Source of the DNA: a virus | Reading direction: 5' to 3' (one strand) | Length of the DNA: 64,000 nucleotides | Virus genome (UHGV): UHGV-0038492 | The notes under the pieces: generated by a model | The model's database searches: none | Told to the model about the DNA's origin: nothing | Seen by the model: the letters and a program-made list of their open reading frames with translations, nothing else | In this document: piece by piece, positions 28,424-38,538 of the stretch | Layout of the letters: each line of letters opens with the position of its first letter | How positions within the stretch are numbered: the first letter of the stretch is position 1 | Translations under genes and position numbers: made by a program

Positions 28424-28850
28424 GCTCGAAAGCTACGCAGGCACACCCCAAGGCGGGGTACTGCTGTATAGCAAAGACAATAAAGAATATAAAATTGATG
28501 TTGATAAGTTAGCCCCGGTTGCGACAGTCACCACGGTTAACGGTTCGAATAATGCCGCCACGTTGGATTTCAATACCAGCACTGACATTATTCTGGTGTT
28601 AAACGATCCTAACACTACAGTGACGTTCGCAGCCCTTACCAACGTTGCAGAAAATACCCGTTTCGAAGTAATGCTAACGATTAAGCAAGGAACAGGGGCG
28701 AATAAAGTAACCTGGCCTGAAAACGTTAAATGGCCTCACGGTGCACAACCGGTTTTATCCTACGCGGCAAATGCGGAAGACACTCTGTCGCTTTATACCC
28801 TTGATGGGGGTGCCACCTGGAAAGGTTCTCTTCTTGCAGCGGGTTACTAA
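28389..28850 (+). CDS. short tail-fibre-like protein with conserved N-terminal anchor motif
   Basis: Internal ATG at 28389 with GAGG RBS gives MATALKKTRLHELESYAGTPQGGVLLYSKD, homologous to the N-termini of ORFs 31938 and 38539. Confidence 0.6.
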   Translation: MATALKKTRLHELESYAGTPQGGVLLYSKDNKEYKIDVDKLAPVATVTTVNGSNNAATLDFNTSTDIILVLNDPNTTVTFAALTNVAENTRFEVMLTIKQGTGANKVTWPENVKWPHGAQPVLSYAANAEDTLSLYTLDGGATWKGSLLAAGY

Positions 28851-31800
28851 ATGAGAAAACATTTTCAGCGTCACGCGATTAGCTACGCGTTATCGTTAGC
28901 TTACGGACACCAATCCTTCGTTACCCGGAATACGGGAACGACTCACGACGCGCACAACGAACACTATATTCAAAACGAAGAAGGTGTTCTGTCGAATAAC
29001 CGTCATTTCATTGCTGACACTATGGCGGAATACCAACCGAACGGGGATGCGACGACCGAGGGTCAGTCGTTACACGTTATTGGTTACTGCCACATGTATA
29101 TCGCGACGAAAGACGAAAGATGGTTAGATGCGGCGAAACGTGCCTGGGATGCGTACAACACGTACTTCTACGTCGGACAACCTATTCCGACCACACCCCA
29201 GCGTCGTATTTGTAACTGGTTGGTAAACGGGAAAGAACCGGTATTAGCACATTATCCAATACATCCTACAGAACCTACCCAAGGTGGGTATAAAAGCGTT
29301 CCTGTAAGGTTTACAAACGGACAGTGTAAAATACCGCATGGTGCACCGTTCTGGGGAGAGTATTTGGATACCTTTACGTTTGCGCATCGTGGTCACCCTG
29401 CCTGGGAAGCCATTAACGCAGACGTACAGATTATCAAGGAAGACAAAGAAGGGTCAATTAATTGGGAAGATGTTTTAACTCACGTTATTACCAATCCTGA
29501 TAAACCCTACGAGGCCAAAGCGTGGGTTGATTGGCCTACGTTATTAAACAACGCTACAGGGTACACCCCGCTTTGGGGTGGGAGCGCAACAAAAGCCCCT
29601 AAACACGACGTTGACTGGATAATTGCCTGGACAGGTAACAAAATCCAGGACAGTGAGATTATTGAAACAGGATTAGCAGATGCTGATAAAGGTACCGTAC
29701 AGTTAAAAGACACGCAGTTAAACGGTGTCTATTTGATTAACTACGCGGTAAAACTGCCTGTCGAACACGGTGGTTACGAGTTTAAACGTAACGAACCGTG
29801 GCACAACCGTCCAGTTCACACGCCGTTCTTAGGATCGAAAAACCAATACGGTAACGCCGCTGATGCTGAACTGTGGTTTATTGACGCCTGTTATTTGCTG
29901 TGGCGAATCACGGGTGAAGAGAAATACAAACAAGCATTAGACTGTACTTTCTACACAGCACACGAGTACACGTATATTGATGCGGTAGATAAATTCTTCC
30001 GTCGTTCTACCGCTGCGGAAACACCGTTTACGGACGGCATTTCGTACGACTTCAATTACCCGGACACCGTAAGTGCTACATACGGCCGTGATGAGAATGG
30101 GGATATTACCATCCATGTGCCTGAAGCGGCACAACACTTTATGGAGCAGAAAGCGGTTCGATTCAGGATTAACAAAGACTCCAAACTACGTGTCACGTAC
30201 GGCGGGGTTTGTAAGAACGGCGATCCTGTCTACTGTAAAGCAATGGTAAACATTAACCCTGTGAAAGCTGATACCGAGGAAGTAAACTGGTACGGTTTAA
30301 CTTTACCTCGGTCTACGGTAAATACCGTTAAGCAGTACGATGTTGACTTAGGCCAACTTGCCCGTATTAGCACCCCAGAAGGGGAAGATTACCTGATAGC
30401 TGATGACCGTGCGTGTTCGGACTATGGTGGTTGTACGTGGGAAGAACGTTTTGAGGACAGCATTTACGACGGTCGCGCGGGTACCGTTATAGAAGCTGAA
30501 TTTCCTGATGACGGTGCCGGGTTTATTATCGGGTTCTGGTTAACCGCTGAAGAGAAGGTAAAACCGGTTTCTATTGTCTACCGTGCGGACGCAGATTTTA
30601 ACCTGCGTTTAGCTGACAGCGATAAGTGGCGTTGGTGGTGGATGTTACCCAACACAAACAACGAATGGCGTCAGGTAACGTTAAATCCGGATGATGCCAC
30701 ACTTTCCAGTTATCAGCCGGACCACACAGACGACGACCCTAAACCGGCAGCGCCGAATTTCGATAAGGTGGATCAGGTCACGATTCTCCCTGACTCTACG
30801 GTTGACCATGCGCACTTTGCTTACTATTGTGTTAACGATGTTCCACCGCTCTTTAATAAAGACGACGGTTATATTCTCACCTTCCGTATTGGGTTACGCG
30901 GCGGTGGAGAGTTTGATGCGAAGGTCGGCGACTGTACGATCAAAGATTACCGTTTGGATTCGTTAGCGTATTGTCCGGGTACGATACCGTTCTCGAACAA
31001 CTATTCAGAAGGTTCAGAACAGTTAGGTGCTTGGCACGGGATGCCTTATCCGGGTTATCAGTATCCGTTTATGTACACTATCCACAAAGACGACCGGTAT
31101 AAGCTGTGGTTAGATAACCAGATTCAATTCATGTACGATTCGCAGTTGGCTTACCAACGGCAGCTCGGTGAATTAGGGCCTGGTTGTGCAGCTTATATTT
31201 GGAACCGTTGGGACAACTACACCTACGGAGAAGCGGATACCTGGACAACGTTCCATTGGAGCGACGACCATCCGTGGCCAGGGTATCAACCTCGTGCGTT
31301 TCATGCTGCGTGTCGTTGCTGGTACGAACTGAAACTAAGAGGTAAAGAGGTTCCTGAAGCGTTAACAAGCTATATTGAAAACTGGGTGAATTGGCTAGGT
31401 GGGTTTGTGGATCGGTTTAACGGACACACCCCTAACGAGTTTCCTACAGCACCGAATAAACCCGTTTGGGTGGAAGATGACTTCAACGCACATATGTGTG
31501 CGTTGTGGTTAGCAGGCTGTTGTTGGGCATTACTCGCTGGTGCAACGAATCCGAACTACGATAAGGTAGTTAATGCGGCAATTAAGGAGTTAGGTGAAGG
31601 GTTTACGATTACCTCAATTCCGAATAAGCCGATTAACGGGGCGTGGTCTCCAGCCGCTCGAGAGTCTTCCGATAACGGTATGGCTTTTGGGTTCTACAGT
31701 GGGGAAGCGTTCCGTGCGTTAGGTCTCTACGTTACTTACAAAACTTACGGAGCCAACGCTAATATTTATCGTGACTTAGCGATTACTGACCACAGTCAAG

Positions 31801-31856
31801 CGGTTTTAGACGTTACGTTAACGATAGAAGACGATGCATTAAAACCAGAGCAATAA
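28851..31856 (+). CDS. large tail-associated protein, possible glycan hydrolase/depolymerase
   Basis: 1001-aa ORF between two fibre genes; Trp/Tyr/Asp-rich composition typical of carbohydrate-active enzymes; no motif-level proof. Confidence 0.7.
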   Translation: MRKHFQRHAISYALSLAYGHQSFVTRNTGTTHDAHNEHYIQNEEGVLSNNRHFIADTMAEYQPNGDATTEGQSLHVIGYCHMYIATKDERWLDAAKRAWDAYNTYFYVGQPIPTTPQRRICNWLVNGKEPVLAHYPIHPTEPTQGGYKSVPVRFTNGQCKIPHGAPFWGEYLDTFTFAHRGHPAWEAINADVQIIKEDKEGSINWEDVLTHVITNPDKPYEAKAWVDWPTLLNNATGYTPLWGGSATKAPKHDVDWIIAWTGNKIQDSEIIETGLADADKGTVQLKDTQLNGVYLINYAVKLPVEHGGYEFKRNEPWHNRPVHTPFLGSKNQYGNAADAELWFIDACYLLWRITGEEKYKQALDCTFYTAHEYTYIDAVDKFFRRSTAAETPFTDGISYDFNYPDTVSATYGRDENGDITIHVPEAAQHFMEQKAVRFRINKDSKLRVTYGGVCKNGDPVYCKAMVNINPVKADTEEVNWYGLTLPRSTVNTVKQYDVDLGQLARISTPEGEDYLIADDRACSDYGGCTWEERFEDSIYDGRAGTVIEAEFPDDGAGFIIGFWLTAEEKVKPVSIVYRADADFNLRLADSDKWRWWWMLPNTNNEWRQVTLNPDDATLSSYQPDHTDDDPKPAAPNFDKVDQVTILPDSTVDHAHFAYYCVNDVPPLFNKDDGYILTFRIGLRGGGEFDAKVGDCTIKDYRLDSLAYCPGTIPFSNNYSEGSEQLGAWHGMPYPGYQYPFMYTIHKDDRYKLWLDNQIQFMYDSQLAYQRQLGELGPGCAAYIWNRWDNYTYGEADTWTTFHWSDDHPWPGYQPRAFHAACRCWYELKLRGKEVPEALTSYIENWVNWLGGFVDRFNGHTPNEFPTAPNKPVWVEDDFNAHMCALWLAGCCWALLAGATNPNYDKVVNAAIKELGEGFTITSIPNKPINGAWSPAARESSDNGMAFGFYSGEAFRALGLYVTYKTYGANANIYRDLAITDHSQAVLDVTLTIEDDALKPEQ

Positions 31857-31880
31857 TAACCCGCTTATAAAAAAAATATT

Positions 31881-31905
31881 GGGGGGGGGGTAAGCTACTC
31901 CCCCC
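31881..31905 (+). other. G10...C6 homopolymer hairpin upstream of the long fibre gene
   Basis: GGGGGGGGGG TAAGCTACT CCCCCC about 35 nt before ATG 31938. Confidence 0.6.
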
Positions 31906-31937
31906 GATCTTTAGCTCCCGATAGAGAACTTAATATC

Positions 31938-34900
31938 ATGGCAAAAGCGGTAAAGAAAATACGATTACATAATCTTAGACCATATACCGGTGATATCGGT
32001 GAAGGCGTTTTACTTTTCTCCAAGGATGAGAAAGATTATAAGTTACCAGTCCGTGAGATCATTGCGGATATTGACACCGTACGTAATGCGGTGGCTGAAG
32101 CACAGACAGCAGCAACACAATCACAAGAAGCTGCAACTCAGGCTACACAAGCAAAGAATTTAGCAGAAACAGCAAAACAACAAACTGACACCGTTGCAGC
32201 TACGGTTGCTCAACAAGCGCAAACTGTAACCGAAAAAGCAACTGAAGTCGGTACAAAACACACTGAAGTGTTAGCCGCGAAAACTGCGGTAGACGAAGTA
32301 TCAGTGTCGGTGAATGAGAAGGCTCAAGCTGTCGCCGCAAGCGAACAATCGGTGACGGCTGCTGCGGCTGATGTAACTAAGAAAGCAGAAACGGTTGCGC
32401 AACAGGCCGGACAAGTTCAACAGACGGCTACCAGCGTCGCAAATACTGCGGCATCAGTTGAGGCCAGTAAAGGTGCAGTGGAGAAAATTGCTGCGCAGGT
32501 CACGAAAGATAAAGAAACGTCGGAGGGCGCGGCTACCCGCTCAGAAGCGGCCGCACAACGTGCTGAGAAAATCGCCGCCCAAGGCTTAGTTGACGCTAGT
32601 ACGATCGGTAAAGGCATCGTTAAACTTAACGATACCCTGACTAGTGAATCCGTGACGGAGGCTGCCACGCCGTCCACGGTTAAACAGCTGAACGACGAAT
32701 TACAGTTAAAAGCCAATAAACATTCGCCGAATTTTACGGGTAAACCGACATCCCCAAAACCGCCGAAGGACTCGAATGACACGAGCATCTCCACAACGTC
32801 CTGGGTGCGTGACGCGATTGCTGAATTGGTTGGTTCCTCACCCGAGACGTTAAATACCTTAGCGGAATTAGCAGAGGCGTTAGGTAATGACCCTAACTTC
32901 GCAACAACGATCACTGAGGAGCTTGCGCAGAAGCAACCTATCAGCCCATTACTCACCGCAATCGCTGCGGTTACAAGTGCAGCAAACAAACTCCTGTATT
33001 TCACGGGCTCTAATAAAGTCGAGTTAACCGATTTTACAGAAACTGCCAGATCCTTGTTAGCGAAAGGGTCAACTGCGGATATTATTAACTTCCTGGGTTT
33101 GAAACCCACCGTTGATAAAGCAAACGGCGCACTACAGAAAAACTCTAACGGTGCTGATATCCCAAATAAAGAAACTTTTGCTCGCAACATCGGCCTATCT
33201 CCTGATACCTATCTGCGTTTCCGTGGCAAAATGCCTGTAGATGCTGATATTAACACATTTGCTCCAGATGCTAATTACACAGGAACGTGGTCTAAGTCGA
33301 CATCAACCAATGCGTCGATGGCAAAACACTTCCCAGAAGACGGTGCAGTCGGTTATCTGGAAGTGTATAAAGCGGGCAACTACAGTGGCGCGCAACGTTT
33401 TACCTGTCGTAATGGTAACGTGTACAACCGTATGTTGTCAGCCGCGTGGAACGGAACTAATGGCCCGTGGTCGCCGTGGAGAATGGTAACTACCGGTGTA
33501 CGCCCGTTATCTACATCGATTGATCTGAACTCTTTAGGCGGTGCCGAACACATGGGTAACTGGCGTAACTCGTCCAGTTCGTTAGCGGTGTTTGACAGAC
33601 ATTATCCTGAAGAGGGCGGTGGCGCTCAAGGTGTTCTGGAAGTCATGGAAGGTGGTCTTTACGGACGGTTGCAGCGATACACTACGCGTCGTGGCACAAT
33701 GTATGTCCGTGGTTTGACTGCAACATGGGATTCATCAAACCCACAATGGGAAGATTGGATTCAGGTTGGTTATCAGACTGACGGTGCTTTCTTTAAAGCC
33801 AATTTTAACGATCTCGTTAAACCGGGTCGTTTCAGTGTCACTGGTCAGGCAACTAACGGCCCACTTACCGGTTCTTCTGGCGAAACCATATTAGGCGTTT
33901 GTGAAGTTACCTTACGCTTAGACGGTACAGGGGTCGAACAGAATTATACCACATACGGCACGGGTGCAGAAACTAAAGGTCGTAAATTCCAACGTATCCG
34001 TACGGGTAACATTTGGAGCGATTGGCGTGAGGTTTTCACATCCTATTCGCTTCCGTTGGCCTTAGGTATCGGTGGGGTTGCTGCCAAGGTCGATCCGTTA
34101 GACTGGCAAACCTTCGACTTCGTTCCTGGCCAGATGATAAGCACACCGTTGAATACCATGAAAAACATTCCTGCGGGAATGGATTGGGGTGTTATTGACG
34201 GTAACTTGGTCACTATTCTTGTAGGGGCGTCGGAGGACACCGGTACTGGTCGGAGTATGTTGGTCTGGCGTGGTACAGTGTCTACTGCTAACTATCGCTT
34301 CTTTGCAGTACGTATCGCCGGTGAGAAGGGTAGCCGTACGATTACGCCACGACAGATGCCTGTGTTAAATGCAGCACACACTTGGGCCGAGAAACAAACG
34401 TTCTCTAAAGGCTTAGCGGGTGAATTGACAGGTAATGCGTCAACGGCAACGAAACTGAAAACAGCCCGTTTAATCGGTGGTGTAAGTTTCGACGGCACTA
34501 GCGACATTCCACTCCCTGGTGTTAACCAGCAAGGTAATCAAAACACCACTGGGAACGCGGGAACCGCAACCAAATTACAAACGGCTCGAAACATCAACGG
34601 TGTGAAATTCGATGGCTCTAGAGACATCAATATCAACACCTTGGTAGGACGTGGACGTGTTACTGCACTGACGGGATCAAACAAAGGTACGCCTGGTATT
34701 CAGATGTACGAAGTTTACAATAACGGTTATCCGACCGCTTATGGTAACTTATTGCATTTGGGTGGTGCTACTGCGCTAGGCGAAGGCGAGTTGTTAATCG
34801 GATGGTCGGGGACGAGTGGTGCGCACGCGCCAGTTTATATTCGTAGCCGACGTGATACGGCTGACGCGCCGTGGTCAGATTGGGCACAAGTTTATACTGC

Positions 34901-36497
34901 CCGTGACAGCATTCCTGGCGTAAATGCCACAGGTAATCAAGATACTACCGGCAATGCCGCTACCGCGACGAAACTGAAAACCGCTCGCAGAATTGGAGGC
35001 GTTACCTTTGACGGTACTGGGGATATCAATTTACCGGGGGTTAACCAAGCCGGTAACCAGAATACGTCAGGTAATGCTGCGACAGCGACTAAACTTCAGA
35101 CTGCGCGAAATATAGGCGGTGTGGCTTTTGATGGTACTAAAGACATCAGTTTACCTGGTGTAAACCAGACGGGTAATCAGTCGACTACCGGAAACGCAGC
35201 CACGGCCACAAAGTTGCAGACAGCTCGTACCATTAACGGTATCCCATTTGACGGCACTAGAAATATATCGTTAGGGCCTGCCGATATAGGTTGCCCGGCA
35301 TCACCTAGTGGTTGGTTAGAAACTGGCGCTGATGGCGCTGCAATAACTACAGCACAGCTAGTGACGTTATTGAAAAATAACGGCGCGTTTACCACAAGAT
35401 CGTGGGTTGCTCGCTGCGCATGGGCTTATGCCGCTAGTGCAAGTATACCTCATAGCGAGACGGGTTGTGGTGTTATTCCATTAGCTGGGGCTGTTATAGA
35501 AGTGATTAGTAACGGCAACAGCACAAACAACTACACGATCCGTATAACGACCGCCACAACGACGAGCGTCTCCGGCGCACTCACTAATGCGGAGTTTATC
35601 TACGTATTTAACGGCGATACTTACTCACCAGGTTGGCGTCGCGTGTACAATACGAGAAACAAGCCAACTGCTGCGGATGTTGGGGCGTTGCCATTATCTG
35701 GCGGTCAGTTGAATGGCGCGTTGGGTATTGGAACCACTAATGCTTTAGGTGGGAACTCCATAGTTTTAGGGGATAATGACACCGGCCTTAAGCAGAACGG
35801 GGATGGCGTTCTAGATGTTTACGCCAATAATGCTCATGTTTTACGCTTTACGAGTGGGGCTGTTCAAAGCAATAAACCTCTCAACGTTACCGGAGATATA
35901 AGAACCAATACTTGGGTTTATGCAAATAGATATTCTATTAACAGCAACTCAGGTTCTTGGATTAGCATGAGAGACCATAACGTTATTTTTGGTCTTAATC
36001 CGGTAGGAACTAGTTCTGCTCAGGCATTGTTAAGACAAGACCATGCTGATAGGAAATTTTTTGTTGGTGGTTTAGGTAACTATCAATTCGGCTTTTACAT
36101 GATAAACAACTCACGTACTGATAATGGCACCGATGCTAATGCTTATTTGCAAAACGACGGTACTTGGGTTTGTGGTGGGAACGGTAACTTTAACGACGTT
36201 TATATACGATCTGACGCCCGGCTGAAAAGTAATTTCTCTCCAATAACTAATGCATTGGAGAAGGTAAAGGAATTGTCAGGTTTAATATACGACAAAAAGG
36301 AGAACTTTAAATCCACTAATGTTCATCGTGAGGCTGGTGTTGTAGCGCAGACCTTACAAAAAGTGTTACCTGAAGCAGTTTCTACTTATAAAGACGCTAA
36401 TGGTGAGGACGTTTTGACGGTCTCTAACTCTGCACAAATAGCTCTACTTATTGAAGCAATAAAGGAGTTGGCGGAGATAATTGAGACCAAGTTATAA
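31938..36497 (+). CDS. long tail fibre protein with C-terminal intramolecular chaperone (peptidase S74-like) domain
   Basis: 1519 aa; conserved N-terminal anchor; Ala/Gln/Thr-rich helical stretch; four knob-like repeats ending W-x-x-W; five copies of the TGNAATATKLQTAR...FDG fibre repeat; C-terminal SDARLKSN motif of endosialidase/T5-fibre-type self-cleaving chaperones. Confidence 0.9.
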   Translation: MAKAVKKIRLHNLRPYTGDIGEGVLLFSKDEKDYKLPVREIIADIDTVRNAVAEAQTAATQSQEAATQATQAKNLAETAKQQTDTVAATVAQQAQTVTEKATEVGTKHTEVLAAKTAVDEVSVSVNEKAQAVAASEQSVTAAAADVTKKAETVAQQAGQVQQTATSVANTAASVEASKGAVEKIAAQVTKDKETSEGAATRSEAAAQRAEKIAAQGLVDASTIGKGIVKLNDTLTSESVTEAATPSTVKQLNDELQLKANKHSPNFTGKPTSPKPPKDSNDTSISTTSWVRDAIAELVGSSPETLNTLAELAEALGNDPNFATTITEELAQKQPISPLLTAIAAVTSAANKLLYFTGSNKVELTDFTETARSLLAKGSTADIINFLGLKPTVDKANGALQKNSNGADIPNKETFARNIGLSPDTYLRFRGKMPVDADINTFAPDANYTGTWSKSTSTNASMAKHFPEDGAVGYLEVYKAGNYSGAQRFTCRNGNVYNRMLSAAWNGTNGPWSPWRMVTTGVRPLSTSIDLNSLGGAEHMGNWRNSSSSLAVFDRHYPEEGGGAQGVLEVMEGGLYGRLQRYTTRRGTMYVRGLTATWDSSNPQWEDWIQVGYQTDGAFFKANFNDLVKPGRFSVTGQATNGPLTGSSGETILGVCEVTLRLDGTGVEQNYTTYGTGAETKGRKFQRIRTGNIWSDWREVFTSYSLPLALGIGGVAAKVDPLDWQTFDFVPGQMISTPLNTMKNIPAGMDWGVIDGNLVTILVGASEDTGTGRSMLVWRGTVSTANYRFFAVRIAGEKGSRTITPRQMPVLNAAHTWAEKQTFSKGLAGELTGNASTATKLKTARLIGGVSFDGTSDIPLPGVNQQGNQNTTGNAGTATKLQTARNINGVKFDGSRDININTLVGRGRVTALTGSNKGTPGIQMYEVYNNGYPTAYGNLLHLGGATALGEGELLIGWSGTSGAHAPVYIRSRRDTADAPWSDWAQVYTARDSIPGVNATGNQDTTGNAATATKLKTARRIGGVTFDGTGDINLPGVNQAGNQNTSGNAATATKLQTARNIGGVAFDGTKDISLPGVNQTGNQSTTGNAATATKLQTARTINGIPFDGTRNISLGPADIGCPASPSGWLETGADGAAITTAQLVTLLKNNGAFTTRSWVARCAWAYAASASIPHSETGCGVIPLAGAVIEVISNGNSTNNYTIRITTATTTSVSGALTNAEFIYVFNGDTYSPGWRRVYNTRNKPTAADVGALPLSGGQLNGALGIGTTNALGGNSIVLGDNDTGLKQNGDGVLDVYANNAHVLRFTSGAVQSNKPLNVTGDIRTNTWVYANRYSINSNSGSWISMRDHNVIFGLNPVGTSSAQALLRQDHADRKFFVGGLGNYQFGFYMINNSRTDNGTDANAYLQNDGTWVCGGNGNFNDVYIRSDARLKSNFSPITNALEKVKELSGLIYDKKENFKSTNVHREAGVVAQTLQKVLPEAVSTYKDANGEDVLTVSNSAQIALLIEAIKELAEIIETKL
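34428..35272 (+). repeat. in-frame tandem tail-fibre repeats (about 38 aa each), five copies interrupted by one knob-like domain
   Basis: Protein-level repeats GNQNTTGNAGTATKLQTARNINGVKFDGSRDI and variants; nucleotide copies are diverged. Confidence 0.8.
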
Positions 36498-36501
36498 TTA
36501 T

Positions 36502-36524
36502 CAGTGAGGGGTTCCCCCTCACTG
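36502..36524 (+). terminator. hairpin after the long fibre gene (no T-run)
   Basis: CAGTGAGGGG-TT-CCCCTCACTG perfect palindrome directly after the stop codon. Confidence 0.4.
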
Positions 36525-36544
36525 ACTCACAAGTACGTTATAAG

Positions 36545-37336
36545 GTGGTTATTTTGTCTGTATCAGCGACTCCCGGATGGATTGGTTCTTCAGCAAAAGC
36601 TGAAGCTGGTAATGGTTGGATGTCTGGCGCGATGCACACACTCGGTGTGCCAGTTCCAGGCTGGATGTCGCAATTGGCGGGAAAATCAAAAGAGGCTCAG
36701 TATTCGATCGGGGCTAATCACAATTACAATAAAGATACGCTTATTAACTATTTACGTTCCATAGGCTCTACTGCTGTCGTTGTGACCATTACAGGGGATT
36801 TAGTGTCTTATAGTAGCGGGGTTCCTTGTTTAGAGTTCCCTAGCAATCTTCCAAATTCGTATATTACCCTCATCATCAATCCTGGGGTTACAGTATACGG
36901 CAGAGGAGGCAACGGCGGTTCTAACTCACCAGGCGGTGCAGGTGGAACCGCAATACAGAACGGAATAGGAAACAGACTGCGTATAACCAACCGTGGCGCT
37001 ATTGCCGGAGGCGGTGGCGGCGGTGGCGGCGGTAACAGGGGTAGACTAATATTTGGTGGTGGCGGTGGTCGCCCATTCGGTGCTGGTGGGTCTTCCTCTC
37101 ATATGAGTTCCGGTGCGGCTGCTGGTACTATTTCCGCTCCTGGTAGAGGATCTGTTGGTGAGGGGTCTCTTAGTGCATATACAGGCGGTTCGGGTGGTAA
37201 TGTCGGTGCTGGTGGAGGAAGATGTAATACTCATGGTAACGGTACAGAATATAACGGCGGAGCAGCTGGTGCAGCTGTTACTGGTAATGCGCCAAGATGG
37301 GACGCAGTAGGTGCAATATACGGTTCACGTGTTTAA
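36545..37336 (+). CDS. glycine-rich fibre-associated protein
   Basis: 263 aa; run of nine Gly encoded by (GGN)9 and overall Gly/Ala/Ser-rich C-terminal part; N-terminus homologous to next ORF; start may be GTG 36545 or TTG 36554. Confidence 0.65.
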   Translation: MVILSVSATPGWIGSSAKAEAGNGWMSGAMHTLGVPVPGWMSQLAGKSKEAQYSIGANHNYNKDTLINYLRSIGSTAVVVTITGDLVSYSSGVPCLEFPSNLPNSYITLIINPGVTVYGRGGNGGSNSPGGAGGTAIQNGIGNRLRITNRGAIAGGGGGGGGGNRGRLIFGGGGGRPFGAGGSSSHMSSGAAAGTISAPGRGSVGEGSLSAYTGGSGGNVGAGGGRCNTHGNGTEYNGGAAGAAVTGNAPRWDAVGAIYGSRV

Positions 37337-37352
37337 TTAAAAAGGAGGGTAG

Positions 37353-37865
37353 ATGGGGGTAGCGTCAGGATGGGTCGGATCTTCAGCTAAGAATGAAACT
37401 GGCCAACAATGGATGAGCGCTGCGGGTAGTAAATTAGGATTGGGTAGACCTTTTATGATGAGCCAAATGGTAGGCAAGTCCGTAGGTTGCAAAATAGCAA
37501 CAGCTTATTATAAAACGTCAAATACTGATAAAGTAGAGAACTGGGGTGCTGTCGGAGCCGATTGGCCGTTGGTAGATAAGAACAAAGGAACGCTTTCTGG
37601 TGCCTCGAACTGTGGCTTAGGACGTTTAGTGGGGATCGTACTTACGCAAGCTCACTACATTTCTGGTGTTCCACCCACTGCGGCTTTATACATCGCAGGA
37701 GGAAGGGCAAGTAATATTACAGTAACAGTTGGTGGTGTTTCGCAAGCATTTACTTACGATAGTGTTATTAACGGTTTTCACTATTATTGGCAAGGAACGC
37801 CTAGTTCGGCCTTTATAGCGGCAATGAAGAAGACGGGTGTTACACAAGATTTGAAAGTTAGCTAA
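37353..37865 (+). CDS. paralog of the Gly-rich protein N-terminal domain
   Basis: AAAGGAGGG RBS; MGVASGWVGSSAKNETGQQWMSAAG aligns with SVSATPGWIGSSAKAEAGNGWMSGA of the upstream ORF. Confidence 0.65.
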   Translation: MGVASGWVGSSAKNETGQQWMSAAGSKLGLGRPFMMSQMVGKSVGCKIATAYYKTSNTDKVENWGAVGADWPLVDKNKGTLSGASNCGLGRLVGIVLTQAHYISGVPPTAALYIAGGRASNITVTVGGVSQAFTYDSVINGFHYYWQGTPSSAFIAAMKKTGVTQDLKVS

Positions 37866-38023
37866 CTAATTGGGGTAAAACGATAACTAAAACTAGTAAA
37901 ATAAGAGTTCGTGAATTCGTAATTCAATAATTTTTTATAGAAAGATTGATTTATTAGAATCGGAGGGGTGCGATGTTTTTAGCCAACATTTTACGTCTCC
38001 CCAATCATAGGAGGTAACCATAC

Positions 38024-38536
38024 GTGGAACAATTCACGCCAGATTTGTCGTTAACTTCACTTAACATGGTTATTTCACTGGTTAACCATGACCTCCAGCT
38101 TGACTTGCAAGAGAACGAGGTTGAAGTCAGCGACGTAAAGACCAGTAACGAAATGGATCGTGACACCACTGCTGTTGTAAAGATAAAACGTCCCGGTAAC
38201 AGAACGTTACAAATCTATTACAACCGTTTAACCGCAGAACGTTGGTTAAACCAGCAACCTATTCTGGTGCAAGTAACTGGAGAGGGGTTTAACACACACG
38301 ATTTAATCGATGCGATTAACGCAGCCTGTGGTAGTAACCTGCAACCCGAAGATCTTCAGGACGATTCATTTACAGTAGGAAAAGACGCTGTAACGTTACA
38401 GGTATCACCTAACTCCCTAAGTTATAAAGGCCAATTCTCTGTTTTGGTTTTTGGTAACGGCGAAGAGGCCGCAGTAACAAAAGATGACAACCTAATCGTT
38501 ACCGCAGATAATCGCGTCTTAACCTTTGGAGGTTAA
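38024..38536 (+). CDS. fibre-associated small protein, family member 2
   Basis: GTG start after AGGAGG; homologous to ORF 27860; precedes a fibre gene. Confidence 0.65.
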   Translation: MEQFTPDLSLTSLNMVISLVNHDLQLDLQENEVEVSDVKTSNEMDRDTTAVVKIKRPGNRTLQIYYNRLTAERWLNQQPILVQVTGEGFNTHDLIDAINAACGSNLQPEDLQDDSFTVGKDAVTLQVSPNSLSYKGQFSVLVFGNGEEAAVTKDDNLIVTADNRVLTFGG

Positions 38537-38538
38537 CA

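Noticed and set aside
34428-35272. Tandem repeats that could be mistaken for a CRISPR array
   Set aside because: The repeats are about 114 nt, diverged at nucleotide level, in frame inside a 1519-aa ORF and encode the known fibre repeat; there are no short identical repeats with unique spacers and no cas genes.
31938-36497. Diversity-generating retroelement targeting the fibre
   Set aside because: No reverse-transcriptase-like ORF and no near-identical template/variable nucleotide repeat pair were seen in the window.
37973-38017. 14-codon upstream ORF (MFLANILRLPNHRR) overlapping the RBS of ORF 38024
   Set aside because: Too short to assess and may be incidental to the leader; noted as a possible translational-coupling element only.
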